Shown in pieces: positions 12,029 through 27,535 of a stretch of 64,000 nt of DNA. The position numbers and the translations under genes were made by a program. The stretch comes from Octopus vulgaris (lineage: Eukaryota): NCBI GenBank assembly GCA_951406725.2, contig OX597820.1, positions 85,250,001-85,314,000 on the forward strand, given 5' to 3'. The notes under the pieces were generated by a model. The model saw only the letters and a program-made list of their open reading frames with translations. It was not told the origin of the DNA and did not search any database. Each line of letters begins with the position of its first letter. Positions within the stretch are counted from its first letter, which is position 1.

Positions 12029-14782
12029 TTTAAAGATGTTATATACATATATATGTTCGTGTTTAGAGTTACTAGGAAAGATGTTCTATATTTCTGCGTT
12101 AGTCCTTTATTTTTAATGCAGAACGTTGATGCTTTAATTCTGATAGTCCACCACATTTTCAATACCTATCCGACCTTATCTTTAGAAAGAAACATATGGC
12201 ACTAATACAAAATTATTCGCGCACTTTGCAGCATGTTGTGAATAACCTGGCAACATTGTACTACATTATATATTTTATTGAACATCTATTTGAAAGGAGA
12301 TATTGCAAAAGAGTAAAAGTAATAAAATCCTTAGAGGGGATTCAGCAACATTTTATAGATTTATTTTTTTAAATGAGAATAACAATCGATGGGTTAAAAT
12401 GAGCAAAGCACGAAACATAAGTCAATACACAAATACAAAGATAAATATATCGTTGAATCTATCAGGAATTACCTGTAGCAGAATTTATAAATTCGGCTGT
12501 GACAAGTTTATTAGTTTTAACCCTATACCTGATTTACCTACCACGAAATTCGCATATAACACTGTTATTAGCACCTCTTCCTTCTCAAGTTGATACCAGA
12601 AAGCACTTGAGACTTCGATGGACCAATCGATTTAGGATCACTATTGTCCTCACTAAATACTAAAGTCTAATAAGGGAAGCTGATATATACTTCAAAAGGA
12701 AGAATAGATTCGAACACAGTCGTGTCTTTAATATAACATGTTTGAAAGGAAAGATGCTTGTCATTCACACTATTATAAACTTTTTCAACGAAATAGAAAA
12801 AAAAAAATCGCTGCACATCTTAATTCTGGTAAAGCAGATTGAATGTAAAACAGACACGAAGACTTAAGATATAGATAACTTGTCAATGGAAATTCCCCAG
12901 TTAAAATAAGACACAGATAACGCAGTAAGTAACGAGCGTTTACTTAATAATATCTCCAGAGTTTTTGATAATGTACAGACTTCGATACCATACCGAATAA
13001 AAACCCAAATATATGGAAGCTTCTCAGTCGATACAACGGTAAGATATTACTTTCGACACGTTTAAAACTTTTGTAATTTCCTAAAGAACACACTCAAAAC
13101 TTGAATATCGGCACCAACTTCCTCCGCAAACGAAAAGATGAAATATAGACTCGAATTAGAAGTAATCTCTCAGTCGTTCGTGACTCTTAGTATTAAAACA
13201 ATTCATGACAAACTGCGAGAGATATTCACCTGTATGGAGAATAAACAAAAATGAAAATAGCCACAAACAAAACACAAATTGAAAAATAATGAAGGCATTA
13301 AAACATTTGTAAAAGTGATGTGAGTAACTTGTCTTATTATGGGCTTAGATGAATATGTTACATATGACAGTGCATTCGGCTAAATTATGAAGCATAGCAC
13401 AGTGTAGCTATAGATAAGTTTGTGCGTGCGTGTGTGTGTGTGTGCAAACAGGTATGAATTAATGTTGTTAACTGTCAAATAAGTTGAAACTATGTTAGAC
13501 CTCTTCCTTACATCACAGGAACTGGCAAAACGCAAAAGTAATTTATTCTCTATTTCTTTTAATAAATCTATAACCCACGTGAAGCATCGCTCAAAACTCG
13601 ATGAAATAAAAACAAAGAAAATTGTAAAATGCGAGAAATTTTGCAATAAACTTATACGCACGTTAATATTTTATTATTTACGTCTTACTCTACACAATAA
13701 GGTTGAAGTTATAAGTATATTCTTGAACAACGTGAGTAAGCATGATATAATTATGCACTTCCTATAAACAATTTGGCTGGCACTTATCATGTCCCATTCT
13801 GCTGTCCACGACCTAATTTAAGCAAAGGGAGTGGCGGTGGGTTCCCTACTCAGGCCTTCATTCGACGTATTTTACTCAAAATCAAAATTTCCCACATTTG
13901 TTTTGATATATTTAATGTGACGGATACGGACAGACCGTGAGTTTGACTTGAAGAAGATGCTGAAAATCAGTTAATCCGTATATTTATAATGGAACTATAG
14001 GTAGTTGCAAGGGGTAAATATATTTGCTATATTCATTGTACATCAATACATAACACATGCAAATCTGTATATTTGCATGGTGACTGAGTAGGTGAAAATT
14101 CTGTTGTCGAATCCATTCTGAGCTGTATCTTTCATGCCCGTTCACCTAACAAAATGAGGAAGTCTTGTATGTACAGAAGTATCAGCTGACAAGAGACTCG
14201 CTAACAGATTAGTTGACAACACAATAGAAGAATACAAGTGTGAGGCACTCAAACAGATACAACAGTATCATTTCCCTGAACAATATTCAAACCGAAATTA
14301 CTTATGATAAAAATCACACGTTTTGTGGTGACAGAGATTTATAATATTTAACGTATAAACCTAAATACAGCATGTATCAAATCGCATAGAATATTTTACA
14401 AAAATCAACAAACCAATATGAAATCAAGCTCAATACGAAAATAGAAATTTTTTTAGTCGTATGATGTAAATCGAATTTTTAATGTAAAAAAAAATCAAAT
14501 TAAACAAGTGGGTTGTAAAATTTGTGATTCAAACCGTTACAGGCGACGTAAATGTATCACATTTTCTTCTTGTTTAACCCTGTATGTACAAAAAAAAAGC
14601 AACTATAGCGCAATATAAAATCGAACACGAAACAAAATTAGATAGTAAATCATTAGTTGATTCATAGTCTTATCGTATATAGCAAAACAGAAGCAAATGA
14701 AGTTAATATAGATATCTCGCATGAGATATAAACACAGAAATTGAAGGGAACTTAAGTGTTGTATGATTCTGATAACCGAAAA

Positions 14783-14950
14783 ACGCGTAAGAGTGGCTGT
14801 GTGGTAAGTAGCTTGCTTACCAACCACATGGCTCCGGGTTCAGTCCCATTGCGTGGCACCTTGGGCAAATGTCTTCTACTATAGCTTCAAGCCGACCAAA
14901 GCCTTGTGAGTGGATTTGGTAGACGGAAACTGAAAGAAGCCCGTCGTATA
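14783..14950 (+). mobile_element. tRNA-derived SINE, family C (5' half, ends in its internal microsatellite)
   Basis: gagtggctgtgtggtaagtagcttgct...ccgggttcagtccca...ggaaactgaaagaagcccgtcg matches 54732-54900. Confidence 0.88.
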
Positions 14951-14967
14951 TATGTATATATACATGC

Positions 14968-14999
<32 letters not shown>

Positions 15000-15022
15000 G
15001 TGTATATGTTTGTGTGTCTGTG

Positions 15023-15094
<72 letters not shown>

Positions 15095-15474
15095 TGTGTA
15101 TATATGTATTTATATATATATATATAAATACATATAAATATATATATATATATATATGACACCTTTATATTGGTATGAATACAAAAATATATGTATGGGA
15201 GTGCTTGTGTGTATGACCAATATCATTCAAATATGTATGTAAAGAAAGTGTGCACGATTATTAGTTCAATTTTGTGTGTGATTCCCACACATTTTGTTGA
15301 TTTTTGATTTGTATTTGTGGTCCGTTTTCATTTGTAAATATTTATGTTAGTTAATCGATAAGATATTATAACGTTATTTGTTTACCGTCATAGATCGATG
15401 AGTTTGTTGTCCATTATCTGTATCTCTTTTACCTATGTTTATTTTTTAATTTGATTTTTCGTTTCTCTCTCTCT

Positions 15475-15527
<53 letters not shown>

Positions 15528-16200
15528 TCTAACAAGCTAGCTAGCTTGCCTGGAATGAAACTGAATTGAAAATATAAATACTGTTAACGAAACGAAAGAA
15601 AACGTAACATCCATTAGGCAAGTGTGAACAAAGAAGCGAAAAACATCTTTCACTAGGCGAAATATAACGCTATCTGAAAGATGGGGGTAAATATAGAATA
15701 TACCCCGTTCCATCAGAAACAACGTGATATAAAGCGTGAGAAAATATTTACTTTCCACAAAACTAATTAAAGCAAGAGTAATATATGAAAACTAAAGTTA
15801 AATAAAAGGAAAAAACGGAAAATAAACTGAAAAAAAATGAAAGAAAAATTGAATAAGCTCGAAAAACCTGAAGCAAATACAAACAAATTTAGTGCAAAAT
15901 AAATAATCAAATCTGGAGTGAAACTGATGTCAGAGGCGAACTAAGAAAAAAAAGAACCAATAAAAAGTAAGAACAAATAGTTCTTTAAAATAAAGGAACA
16001 AATATTATTTCAGAAATGAAATAGAAAAGCCTAGAACATCATCTTGAAATTCCATCATCAAGATTATATTATCAAATATCAATTGTATGGGGAAAGTGTT
16101 TATTTGTTTTACGAGATGTAATGAAAGAACAGAAACTGGAGTGCTCAATAAATGAAACACTACTATTCACATTTTCAAATTCCCGTCGTATTAGCGAGTG

Positions 16201-16232
<32 letters not shown>

Positions 16233-16353
16233 CGTGTGTGCGTGTGTGTGTCTGTGTGTATGAATATATATACATGTTAACACACACTCACATAAATGTA
16301 TATATGTGTGTATGTGCTCCAGTCCGCCAGTGTAACATGTGTGTTTATGTATG

Positions 16354-16428
<75 letters not shown>

Positions 16429-17446
16429 AGAGAGAGAGAGACCTTTTTAAGCATACTTATATTTCATGTCCATATTTGTTCAAACATCAAAAAAGAGAGG
16501 AATTGCTTGATTATATATATATATGTATAAACATATGTGTGTGTGTTTATATATATATATATATATATCATAGTTTTATGCAGGTATACAAGAACAGTTT
16601 AATATTTAATTGAAATACTAGAAGCTACATTCAGTAGAATAAGATATTTCTTTTATTTTTATAAAGAATACGCAGCATCTGTAAAATATATCAATATATA
16701 AGTCTATAAATATACGTCTATTAATGCATATATATATATGTGTGTGTATGACAAATTCACACACTTATATACACATGTATATGTGTGTGTGTGCGTGTGT
16801 GTGAGAGTGTGTACATGTACATATGCACATTTATGTAAGTGTAAGTAAATGTATATGTGTGTGTTTGAATATATTATATTCCTGCACTTTAAATCAAGTA
16901 AAACATTGTCTGCATAACATATAGTTTTCGATGAGCACATGGATGGTGATTTCGAAATTTGAGCGGCTGTGGCTTCAACAGAGACTCTGACTGCGTCTGA
17001 TTACAAGACCTGACAGACATTGCTTTTAAAACGGATAGTCTGCTCTACTGTATTAAATAATCCCTGTATACATGTTTGGAAGTCTTTATATATAAGTATG
17101 CATTAATGTCAAACCCCGTATACATTAATATCAAGCCATATACTTATGTTGATTACATAATATAGAAGCATACATACGTTTAAATACGCGTTTTATGTGC
17201 ATGTACTTAAACTAACAAATATATGTATCGAAATAACCAATGGTATGTATGTGTAAGACAACAATATCAGAACAACATTAACAATATGTTAAACAGTGGT
17301 AGACGGAGCTGCTGTTCTAACTTTTGTAATGGAGCGGTCACAGAATATTGCTAGTCTCAACTTAACTAAATTTACTTTCATATTCGGTTCATTTGTGACG
17401 AAAACGCACACTTTTCAGCATAAGCCTATAGTCACACACACACACA

Positions 17447-17521
<75 letters not shown>

Positions 17522-18851
17522 CGCCAGTGGATCATGTATCCTGGAATGAATCACACTCCCAAAGTCAGAAGAGTAATATATTTACATGAAAATAAATATG
17601 TCTGGTCGTTGAGTTACCAATGGTTTCGCATTCATAAACAGCTTAACCTTATAGACGACTCATTAGAGACGAATAGCTGCGACCATGTAATCACTCTTTA
17701 CGCTGTAGGTTGAAACCGTTACGGTCAGTTAATTTGGAAACTAAAGAATAATATACTCTCTTTGAGCCTTAAACCGGATGGGTTATCGCCCTTAGACCGA
17801 TCCGATCAGCAAATATAATGGACTTAAAGAGCGAAAGGACAATCTCCGCCTTTAGGTTGGTTCTGGTCTGCAAATAATTTTTACAGGCCTAATCGTCAGA
17901 CGGAGAATGCCACGCCTGCAACAGGCAACGTTTTAAATGGGGGTACGTCTTATTGATCTATAGCCCCTGTCCTCGTTTCGAGCAATGCATCTCACATTCA
18001 AAAGATATTACAAAAAGCATAATCATTCATTTGTTAGTCCCGAACACAAAATGTGGCTTTATCGAAATTTATATGGTTTTGCATGAGACAAGTCATCACG
18101 AATTCAAAATTACCTGGTCTGGATAATATGTGTCGCGAACTTTCAGGAAAAAAAAATGAAAATTATGATTCAAAGGAGCAATAATTTGCACACGAGAAAC
18201 GAGTTGGTAACAACTTGTATACTTGCAGCTAAGTATATTTTATGCAAATACAAGCCTTCTTGAATTTCTTTCTGGTACAGAAAAAAATGTTGGTTAACGA
18301 AATTTTTAATTAATAGGTTTCAGTGATATATGTATTTGTATGTCTACAAGTGAGTATATGTACATAAGCGTATGTGTGTATGTATACACGTATGTATATA
18401 TGTATACATGAATATATAATTTGGAGCATATATGTGAGTCTATGTGTATATATATGCTCATATGTATGCGTCTGCACTTGCGCTGCAAAATTAACACTTG
18501 CATTCACACACATTGTTTTTAAAAACATTACTTAAAAGTATTATTTTGGAACATTGTTTAAACAGAAACGTAATTTCATGAGTTTATTGTATGGAGTTTA
18601 TGGAGATTACAATAATATTACCACGAGAAACTAAATTGTAATCAAACGCGTGACCTTGGAACAGCCGTTTCGTATGTATTGTCTACAAATCTGCGTGTTA
18701 CCCTAAAACTTTCGCTTCATATTTTAAAACATATTCAGACAGTGCATATTCAAGGCTTCGATTACAAGTTTACAATTAATGATCGCAAACGACCAACGAT
18801 GTGAACTAGAAATCGGAGCCTTTTCAGTTATAAGACTTCTCTAAATTTCTA

Positions 18852-19063
18852 TACAATAATCCCTCGTCTATCGCTGGTGTTATGTTCCAAAACATCCCTC
18901 GATAGGTGAAAATCTGCAATGTAGAAACAGTACCATATAATTTGTATATATTTATTTAATTATAACTGCAAAACCAAACCACGGAGGAATCGATGTAAGC
19001 TTAAATAATAAACCGCGATAGGTGAATCGCGATAGGTGAATCGCGATATGGTGAGAGATTGCA
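18852..19063. mobile_element. Tigger/pogo-type MITE
   Basis: Starts ta|caataatccctcgtctatcgc and ends gcgatatggtgagagattgcag (degenerate inverted termini). Internal repeats of cgcgataggtgaa. Confidence 0.55.
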
Positions 19064-19142
19064 GGAGTGGGTAATTTATCACTTCTCGTGAATCAATATC
19101 TGTGTGTGTATGTGTGTGTGTGTGTGTGTCTGGGTGTGTGTG

Positions 19143-19194
<52 letters not shown>

Positions 19195-19196
<2 letters not shown>

Positions 19197-19690
19197 CGAA
19201 GACCGTCAAAAAAGTGTCTGATTAAAATCTTTTGGGTTCAGATTTTATGTCGCGAGGGTAAAGTATATTGAGTGGGAGGTGATATCATTCTTACTAAATA
19301 TGCGCGAAAAACTTTCGTATCGGAAGGCCGCGTCGTTTCTATGCTTTTACGCCTAGAGTACAGACGTGTAGTGCCCGCACGTCGGATCTTCATTTTCATG
19401 ACTGAATATAGCAATGATGGTAAACCAATGTCTCATAACAAGTAGTAATGGTTTTCATCAAATCATTAAGCATATGCTGGGCAATTTCCGCGACGACATG
19501 TCTCTGCCGCTCCGCCATCACCTTGGTTGTGGAGTAGGGTGTTGAATCTCTTCGAAATTTTCCGCATGTATACATCCGCTCTGAAAGTTGCATGCTCAAT
19601 TTCTGTGCTCATTCCTATTTCGTGAGCAATTTCCTAGATCGTTACACGACTGTCTTCCACGGCTATTCACCAAACATTCTCAGCTGGCGC
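19195..19690 (-). mobile_element. Internally deleted mariner remnant
   Basis: Minus ORF 19396-19599 contains RQRHVVAEIAQHMLNDLMKTITTCYETLVYHH (resembles R..EIA.EML....IITGDETWVYHY). Terminal 'tacgaagaccgtcaaaaaagt' resembles a mariner TIR. Confidence 0.6.
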
Positions 19691-19812
19691 TCGTTTACAT
19701 GTGTGTGTGCGTATGTGTGTGTGTGAATGTATATACATACACACACACATATAAATATACATACACACATACACACACACATACACACACACACACAAAC
19801 ACACACACAAAA

Positions 19813-19861
<49 letters not shown>

Positions 19862-20216
19862 TATACACAGGGAGTTTGGGAGGAGGGAAATCATAATACT
19901 GAATCAATATGTGTGGCACAAACAAACGTGGTAATCGATAAAGCAAACTTCAATATCCATACGAATGGGAAAATTGATTACACCTATTTCAAATTAAATA
20001 TGGCGTTTCATTTTTATTTGCAGAGAGAATTGGAAATTTGCATTTATCTAATTTTTGCAAACAATTTTCTTTTCGCAGACATAAAAGAGAAACACTTTCG
20101 CCAAAAGAAACTTATATGAGTAATATGCATCCACATGCGTATATGAAGATATGTCCATGAATATAAGCACACATATATGTATGTGTGTGTATGTCAGTAT
20201 CTATGTGTGTATACAT

Positions 20217-20281
<65 letters not shown>

Positions 20282-20444
20282 CATACTTATATACATATAT
20301 AAATACATACACATATTCATATACATATATTTATTTATATATACATACATATTTATATACGTAGATATATATGTGCATGTATATATACATACCCATATGC
20401 ATAAACATATATGAATATATATATATATATATATATACATATGC

Positions 20445-20486
<42 letters not shown>

Positions 20487-21118
20487 GCATATGTGCACGT
20501 ATATATACACACACACACATATACGTACATATATATATATACATAGATATATGTATACACATATACATATGTATCTCATAAAAACGTCATATAGAGAAAG
20601 AGAACGAGAGATGGAAAATAGGAGGGAGATGTAGGGAGGAAGTAAGAGAGTGGGATATATAATCACTCATATAAGAGTGTGTGCATCCAAGTGTTTGTGT
20701 GTGTAGGATTATCGTGTATATGCATGCGTATATCATTTCTAATTATATATATCCTTCATCAGATTCAACTATTTCGGATACTTAATTTCCCTTTGTAGAT
20801 ATAACATAATCTACTCTTCATGCTTATATGGGCGCCATGAAATTATCCGTAATGTAGAGATGGCTGTGTTTTTTTTTCTTTTTTTCTTTGTTATTCTATA
20901 CTGTTTTGTCTCGATATCATTAAATATGCATGCGCTTAAATATTATCTTTGAAAGAACTATAGATTACCAAGTTTCAATACATACCACGCTTCTTCATTT
21001 CCTTAAATACCGGACTCTATGTACACACAGTTATACACACACGCAATGTATATGTATGTATGTAAGTATGTATGTATATATGTATGTATGTATATATGTA
21101 TGTATGCATGTATGTATG

Positions 21119-21183
<65 letters not shown>

Positions 21184-21289
21184 ACAAGTAGGTAGCTATC
21201 CCGATATCATTTCAAAATGTTTACACTCATACACCGATACAACTTGCAAGCATTTTTATAGTAATATATTCAAAAATATACAGTCGCTC

Positions 21290-21950
21290 CGCCTTTGGCA
21301 GTATAGATGAAGTGAAAACTTCACAAAGTATCCCAGCTTGAAATAGAAACAATGTCGGCTGCCTCACCATGTGTCTACTTCATATTACTCGTAAATCATA
21401 TAAATGCAGGCTAATAAAATGTGTTGATATTGATAAGAATAATTCGCCAGCAAATGCTGTAAATAATTTGTCTCAAAATATTGAGTAGTGAAGGCCTTTT
21501 TTGCCGCCGTTAAGTAGTGCCTGTGCATTGAATGGAAACTACTTTCTCTTTATATATGAAATATTAGTTATTTATCTGTGACTCATTCTCACGCGAAAAC
21601 ATTGCATATTTGTATTAAGATAATTAATAATTCAGAAATTAGGATAATATTCGAGACGTTTGCATTGATAATTTGTCTGTTTGTAGACGATTTTCGAAAA
21701 AAATGTTTGGGGAAGATACCTGTTGTGTGTTGCAGGAGTGTATATTTTTTGAGATAGTAATTGCAGCTTAGGTAGTGCCATATGCGTTGATCTTGATTAT
21801 ACTAAACTTCCCTATGTTGGCACTATTAGCTTTTATAACTTACAGTGCTCATAAATGCTTGCCGACTTACTATTTTTCAAGTTTTAGATGCTGAATCCTC
21901 AGATTCTGATTGCTTTATTTTATTTATTGCTTATGTGATTGTTACTGATT
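21290..21950 (-). pseudogene. Very old LINE apurinic-endonuclease-like remnant
   Basis: Weak minus-strand motifs (KIYTPA resembling NIYIPP; FNAQ resembling GDFNAH). Heavily decayed. Confidence 0.25.
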
Positions 21951-22559
21951 TAAATTAGGTTACCTGTACCTTTAATTTAAGTGTTTTTTTCTTTCATTCT
22001 TCCAATTTGAATATGCAATTTAACAACACCTATAATTATTTTGCGAAATATATTCACAACAACGCTCGTGTTAGTGATAAAGAGAAACTACTTAGATTCA
22101 TGTTTAATTAGTTACTTTTTAGCATTGTTTCTTTTGATCATTTTTTATCTCGAACCGTAATCATTGTTCTTCTATATCACGTATAGATTTTATGTTTCTT
22201 TCCAAACATGCCGTATGTTACTTTCCTAGTAATATGGTATTCATTTTGAAATCGTGTGCTTTTTCACTCTACGTCTGTTTCTTAGGGCTCTGTGTTTTGA
22301 TGGTTTCCGTGAAGAACAAAAAAAATCTGTTTATTCGCTTTCTGTACCTACTTGATAAAGCTTAGTCAAAAACTTGGTAAAAAAAAAAAGGCTCTAATGA
22401 GAAATCGGGTATAATTAATTTATTAAAACAACATATATATTTGCCAATGATCATGAAGTAATATAGAGATGAGTAAATCACAAAGCAATGAACAAATCGA
22501 GGTGGATATTAAATTAACTAAATTCTATTTAAATATATTGTGGTTCAAAACCACACACT

Positions 22560-23335
22560 AGGTCTCCATGAAATATACTAAATATATTGTGATTTCTACT
22601 GTCATCTTCACACGTTTTGCGAAATATACTGCTGTAAAATGGTCTTTTGTCACTGTTGTATCAGTCTTTTGACGACGGTTAAAAGATATTGTTATATTCC
22701 GTAGTCGTCTATAGAATGGTTCTGTGTTGCACTGTACGACTCCCAGTCGCACAGTGTCATTATCCTCAAAAGTTTAGATCGATATAACGTCCACTTAGTA
22801 TCACAGTATAATTACTATATCAGTACAGACATGGCTATCAACACAGTCTACACGTACTGGTGACCTTCTCATCTTCTTCTGTCGACTTGCTATATTTGCG
22901 TTCGTGTGTGTGTACTCAATATCTTTTCTTCTTAGAGTTTAATTTTAGGAATTCAGTGTTCTTGCTTTTCTTGGTACGTTTGGTTTCCACTTACCGTAAC
23001 GGTGTTGAAACCTGAAAACTGACATACAGTCAATCCATCGGTATTTCTTCTCCTGTCCGTTCCCTTTCTATAATTCTTTCCTTACATTTCTGCTTCTCCG
23101 ACCATACAACATCCTTCCTATGCATGTTACAATTTCTCCTTCTTACCAGCATTGTTTGATATTTTTGTAAATTCTTACATATACCTTATCACTGACTTTA
23201 AAAAAATTTGGTATGTCTTTATTAGCACGTATTATTTTCTTCACTGGTAACAGTTTATCGAATATTGACTTCACATTTCTGGAAAACATTAATTCTGCTA
23301 GTGAGCTTCTTTGCGACTCATTTGGGTTTTGAGTT
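22560..23335 (-). mobile_element. Gypsy/Ty3 LTR-retrotransposon remnant (integrase C-terminus and possible 3' LTR)
   Basis: Minus ORF 23143-23349 SLAELMFSRNVKSIFDKLLP...FKVSDKVYVRIYKNIKQCW*EGEIVTCIGRMLY resembles the SPAELMFGR / F.VGDKV / W..G.I region downstream of the Gypsy integrase core. The LTR boundaries (~22560-22843) are tentative. Confidence 0.65.
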
Positions 23336-24040
23336 ACTCTGTATACCAATGCCTGTGAAGCGTTCTGTTGGCCTGCAGGACCGCCACCAGCCAGGCTACA
23401 TTCACTTCTGGTGGTATGTCTTCCAGCCGAAGTTTGGAAGTACGAGTCCCAATGTACACGGGTTGAAGCACCACCTCATTTGTCTTCAGCGGTGTGGCAG
23501 AGTTCAGTCTGGTAGATACCATCTCCCCAAACTGCGCCTCCACCGTTTCACACCTTCGACCCCTGGCAAGGCATGCCATCTCCTGCCAGACCAACCTCAG
23601 TCCCCTCCCCCTGTGCCACCGACACCACCAACCCCTCCCTGCTGCTGCGGCGCAAGTTCCGTATACAGTTTTTCCCCCTTCCCCGTCCTTCAGCATCCAC
23701 TTAGGATGAAACACTCTTACATCGCTCCCCCTCAAGCACCCCCCTACACTCACTCAACCCCTCCAGGTTTACTTGCTCAATACCCCCTCCAGCCGCCGCT
23801 GCACAACTCCTCCTCCCCACTTCCCTGTCCATCCCACTCAAGCACTGAACTAACTCTTCAGACGAACCACATTCTAGGGAAGGACACCCTAACCCCCACC
23901 TCCACCCCCACTCCCTGCGCGACGCCCTTCCGGTATACAAGAGGCAAAACGTCGCTCCACCAGTACAGCCAAAAACCCACATATGTATCAATCAAATCCA
24001 ACAATGCAACTGAACAACCATAAACCAGAGGCCACATACC
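23335..24040 (-). mobile_element. GC-rich insertion, probable retroelement ORF1/gag-like fragment
   Basis: Abrupt compositional shift with C-rich + strand. Minus frame CETVEAQFGEMVSTRLNSATPLKTNEVVLQPVYIGTRTSKLRLEDIPPEVNVAWLVAVL looks protein-like. Family not recognised. Confidence 0.35.
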
Positions 24041-26029
24041 TTCGACCTTCTCGCCTTAATTTGTCGAACGGCTGCTGGTCTATTTATAATATAATGGTTG
24101 GCTGCTACCACTTTTTACCGTAAGGGCTGTACAATTTCACTATATAACATATACTTTTTGAAGTACTTTATAAGATTCAAATGAGTTATATTTGACTGCT
24201 TGATACTTTCTACGTTTCAGAAGTTGTGAAAGCCATCTCACTTGACTGAAATTCATTTCTTAAATATTGAGCTGATAGTTTAACATTTTACAAGTGATCC
24301 GATTACTTATGGGTATATACGTACGACCCCATCCATACAATGCAAGAAAAATTACTTCTATATGTTGAGTTACTATTAAGCCTTGGTTATTTCTCTAAGA
24401 AACTATATGGTGTCGTACCCGATTCCACATCGCGGTATTTTCGGAATATTTACTCCGTGGACGTATATCGACGGATAAAAATTTCGAAGTGAAACTTAGT
24501 CAAAGAAACTCTTCTTGTTGTTTGGTGGTAGACTTATACCTAGGCAAGATTTAAAACTACCTTTTGTCTCATACTAGCGTTTAACTGAGTACATTCCATT
24601 GAAAGCATTTGCGAATTATCTCCGGATTAGAAAGACTTTCTGAACATATTGCATCTGGATCGTAGAACAGAAAAGGGCAATGACTGGGTTAATGTAATTC
24701 CGACTGGGTTAATGTATTTCATGATATTTATTAATTCGCAAAATACATAATATAAATATTAATTTTCACTGTGTAAACTAAAAACTTTAGGGAGTGTAAT
24801 GACCACGAAAACGGCTAAAATGAAAATCGGAAATGATAAAAATAATTTTAATAATAGTAATAATAGTAATAATAATAATAATGATAATAATAAATATTAA
24901 CAAATATATGAGAGTGTAAGTGAATACGAAATATGAAGCAAAGCGAAAACAAGAGAATACTCTCAGCATTATTGCAGATACGTTATTTAGGTTAATTTGA
25001 TAACGGTACAGTGTACGATACGCTATGATGACATTCTATATGTAAGGTTCAAATATGCTGAAAATAACTCAGAGCTGTTGATGTAAAGATTTGTTGCGAA
25101 AGAATTTTACAAGTAATCTTTTCTATCTCTTTTCAATAAAATGTTATAAATGGTCTTTAATTAGCTTTTCTATATTTGAACTTTGATATTTCCAAATGGA
25201 GTAATAAACATTTTTCAAAAGAGGTATCATCAGATAAGAAATGGATGAAAAGCAGATAGATTCCAGGTTTAACACCAAAGCTTCTTTCTATATATGAATA
25301 AAAATTACACACGCACAAACACTCAGATATATATATATATATATATGTGAGGAAGGAGAGGAATAGCGCATATACATACTCATACACATACACACACATA
25401 TATATTTATATATATATTCATATATTTACATGCATTCATAAAATTATATATATATATATATATATATATGCGTGCACACGCACACGCAAGCTCACATGCA
25501 CACGCATACACACACACACAAATATATATAAATATGCATCTATGCATCTATGCATCTATATAGGTATATATATTTATGTAAGTATATCTGTACGTCGAAT
25601 GTTGTTAAGAGGAAAGCTTTATCTATTACGGCAATGGAGAAAAGGTTAAAGACGTCGAAGTAACGGATGCAGCAGTGATTAGCATTTAGAATCTAAGGAA
25701 GTGTTTTAAGACATTGAACAGTTATTTAACGAGATAACTAAAAGATAGTTATGTTGAGATAAATGTTTAGAAAAAAAATGGAGGAAAATAGCTCGTGAAA
25801 TTTAAAAAATAAAAATTTTTAAATTTTTATGGAATCGAAGAGAAATCTCAATATGTTAATTTAACATGACATTTCATGTATTCCTTTGTGAAGGAAAAAT
25901 GAATATGGAAAAATTCAATAAGAAGGTACCGATATTGATAAAATATTAAGATATGGATATAAATTTCTCATTTCTATGTAACTGTGCATGCATGTACGTA
26001 TATATGTCTATATTCATATATATACATAT

Positions 26030-26079
<50 letters not shown>

Positions 26080-26134
26080 ATATATGTATATATGTGTGTG
26101 TAATTTAATACACACGCTTACAAACTCACACAAA

Positions 26135-26180
<46 letters not shown>

Positions 26181-27322
26181 ATGTGTTCAAACCCTATCAT
26201 TAATTTACTTGACAGACACAAACATAACGCTTGACGATATACAGAAAGAATCAGAAGTTGTACCTGAATACTGCACGTATAGGACAATATCATATCACCA
26301 ACGCTAGCTGAAATACCGAGCCCCATGAATCGTACAAATATTTAACTGCACTATTTATAGTAATCATAGGCAAACTAATAGTAATCTTAAATTTAAAAAA
26401 AATATCCCCTCTGTATTGCTAGAAAGTATAATTTTGTTGTAATAACTCATAATCACTTAAGCCTAAACTTAATTTGCAGGAAGGACAAATACCCTGTTTT
26501 CATTGTATGGGCTGGTTATCTAATTCCTTTTGATAACATACACTTCTTATAAATTATAGATTTATAAGTGAAGATTATGTTGAGAACATCAACAGATGAC
26601 AATTCTGCAGAGGGAAACGAAGTATGAAACTAAAATATACTCATATTTACGTATTATGAGAAAATGTTCCATTGTGGCTTTCATTTATTTGTCTCGCTTT
26701 AGCTCATATAATATGCATGCAACGGTAGACTATTATCGGATGAGCCCGACTTATATTTTTCTACATAGAACGTCAATCGGTACGCTACAGATGATAAGTA
26801 AGTGACAACACGGTAACCCAACACTATAACATTCCCACGCAAGATGGTTTCGAAAGAATCAATACAAAATATATGTAAGTCGGCAAGAAACAGCTAATAT
26901 CATGTCAATATAATGAACAGTGATATGAGAATTAAAACAGAAGCCGTGAAGTAGTATACATAATTGAAACACAAAACTACGATGTAATACTATTTCAGGA
27001 TTAGCCTACGAGTAACGCCTACGTGCAGAAAGTGGATGGTGAGTACACATATCCTGGCTGTTACAATAATAATTGTTAGTAAAAAAATTCCCTGTCGATA
27101 TTAAGAATGTTAGAAACTTTACCCAGCAACACAATTATTTTTTGTAGAAGATAATCCATAAATTTCGACAAAGAAAGCTCATATTACTACGAATACGAGG
27201 TGATATATATATTTCTTCAGTTAGAAAATTGTTATATAATGTCTCTTTTAGAGTATCGCAGATATCAATTACAGATGAAGAAAATTAATTAATTAGTAGC
27301 TAGTAGTTGTGATAAAAAAAAG

Positions 27323-27535
27323 GGCGGTGAAATGGCAGAATCGTTAGCACACCGGATAAAATGCATAGAGGCATTTCGTCGGTCTTCACGTTCTAAGTTC
27401 AAATTTCACCGAGGTCGACTCTGCCTGCTACCCTTTCAGGATCAATAAAATAAGTACTAGGTAACCACTGGTGTCGATGGAGTCGACTGTCTCCCTCCTC
27501 TGAAATTACAAGCATTGTGCAAAATTTTGAAACCA
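27323..27535 (+). mobile_element. tRNA-derived SINE, family B
   Basis: ggcggtgaaatggcagaatcgttagc...gttcaaatttcaccgaggtcgac. Confidence 0.8.

Noticed and set aside
17605-17730. Additional hammerhead candidates (GAAACCGTTACGGTC on +, GAAACCATTGGTA on -); similar partial motifs at ~55280-55350 and ~63546
   Set aside because: No intact CUGANGA with matching helix I/II could be paired to them.
14879-21310. Many [12 protein letters not shown] ORFs here and throughout the window
   Set aside because: They are translations of (TA)n, (CA)n and (CATA)n microsatellites.
23265-24023. 252-aa Pro-rich + strand ORF as a host gene
   Set aside because: TTG start inside the Gypsy remnant, low complexity driven by C-richness, and the opposite strand looks more protein-like.
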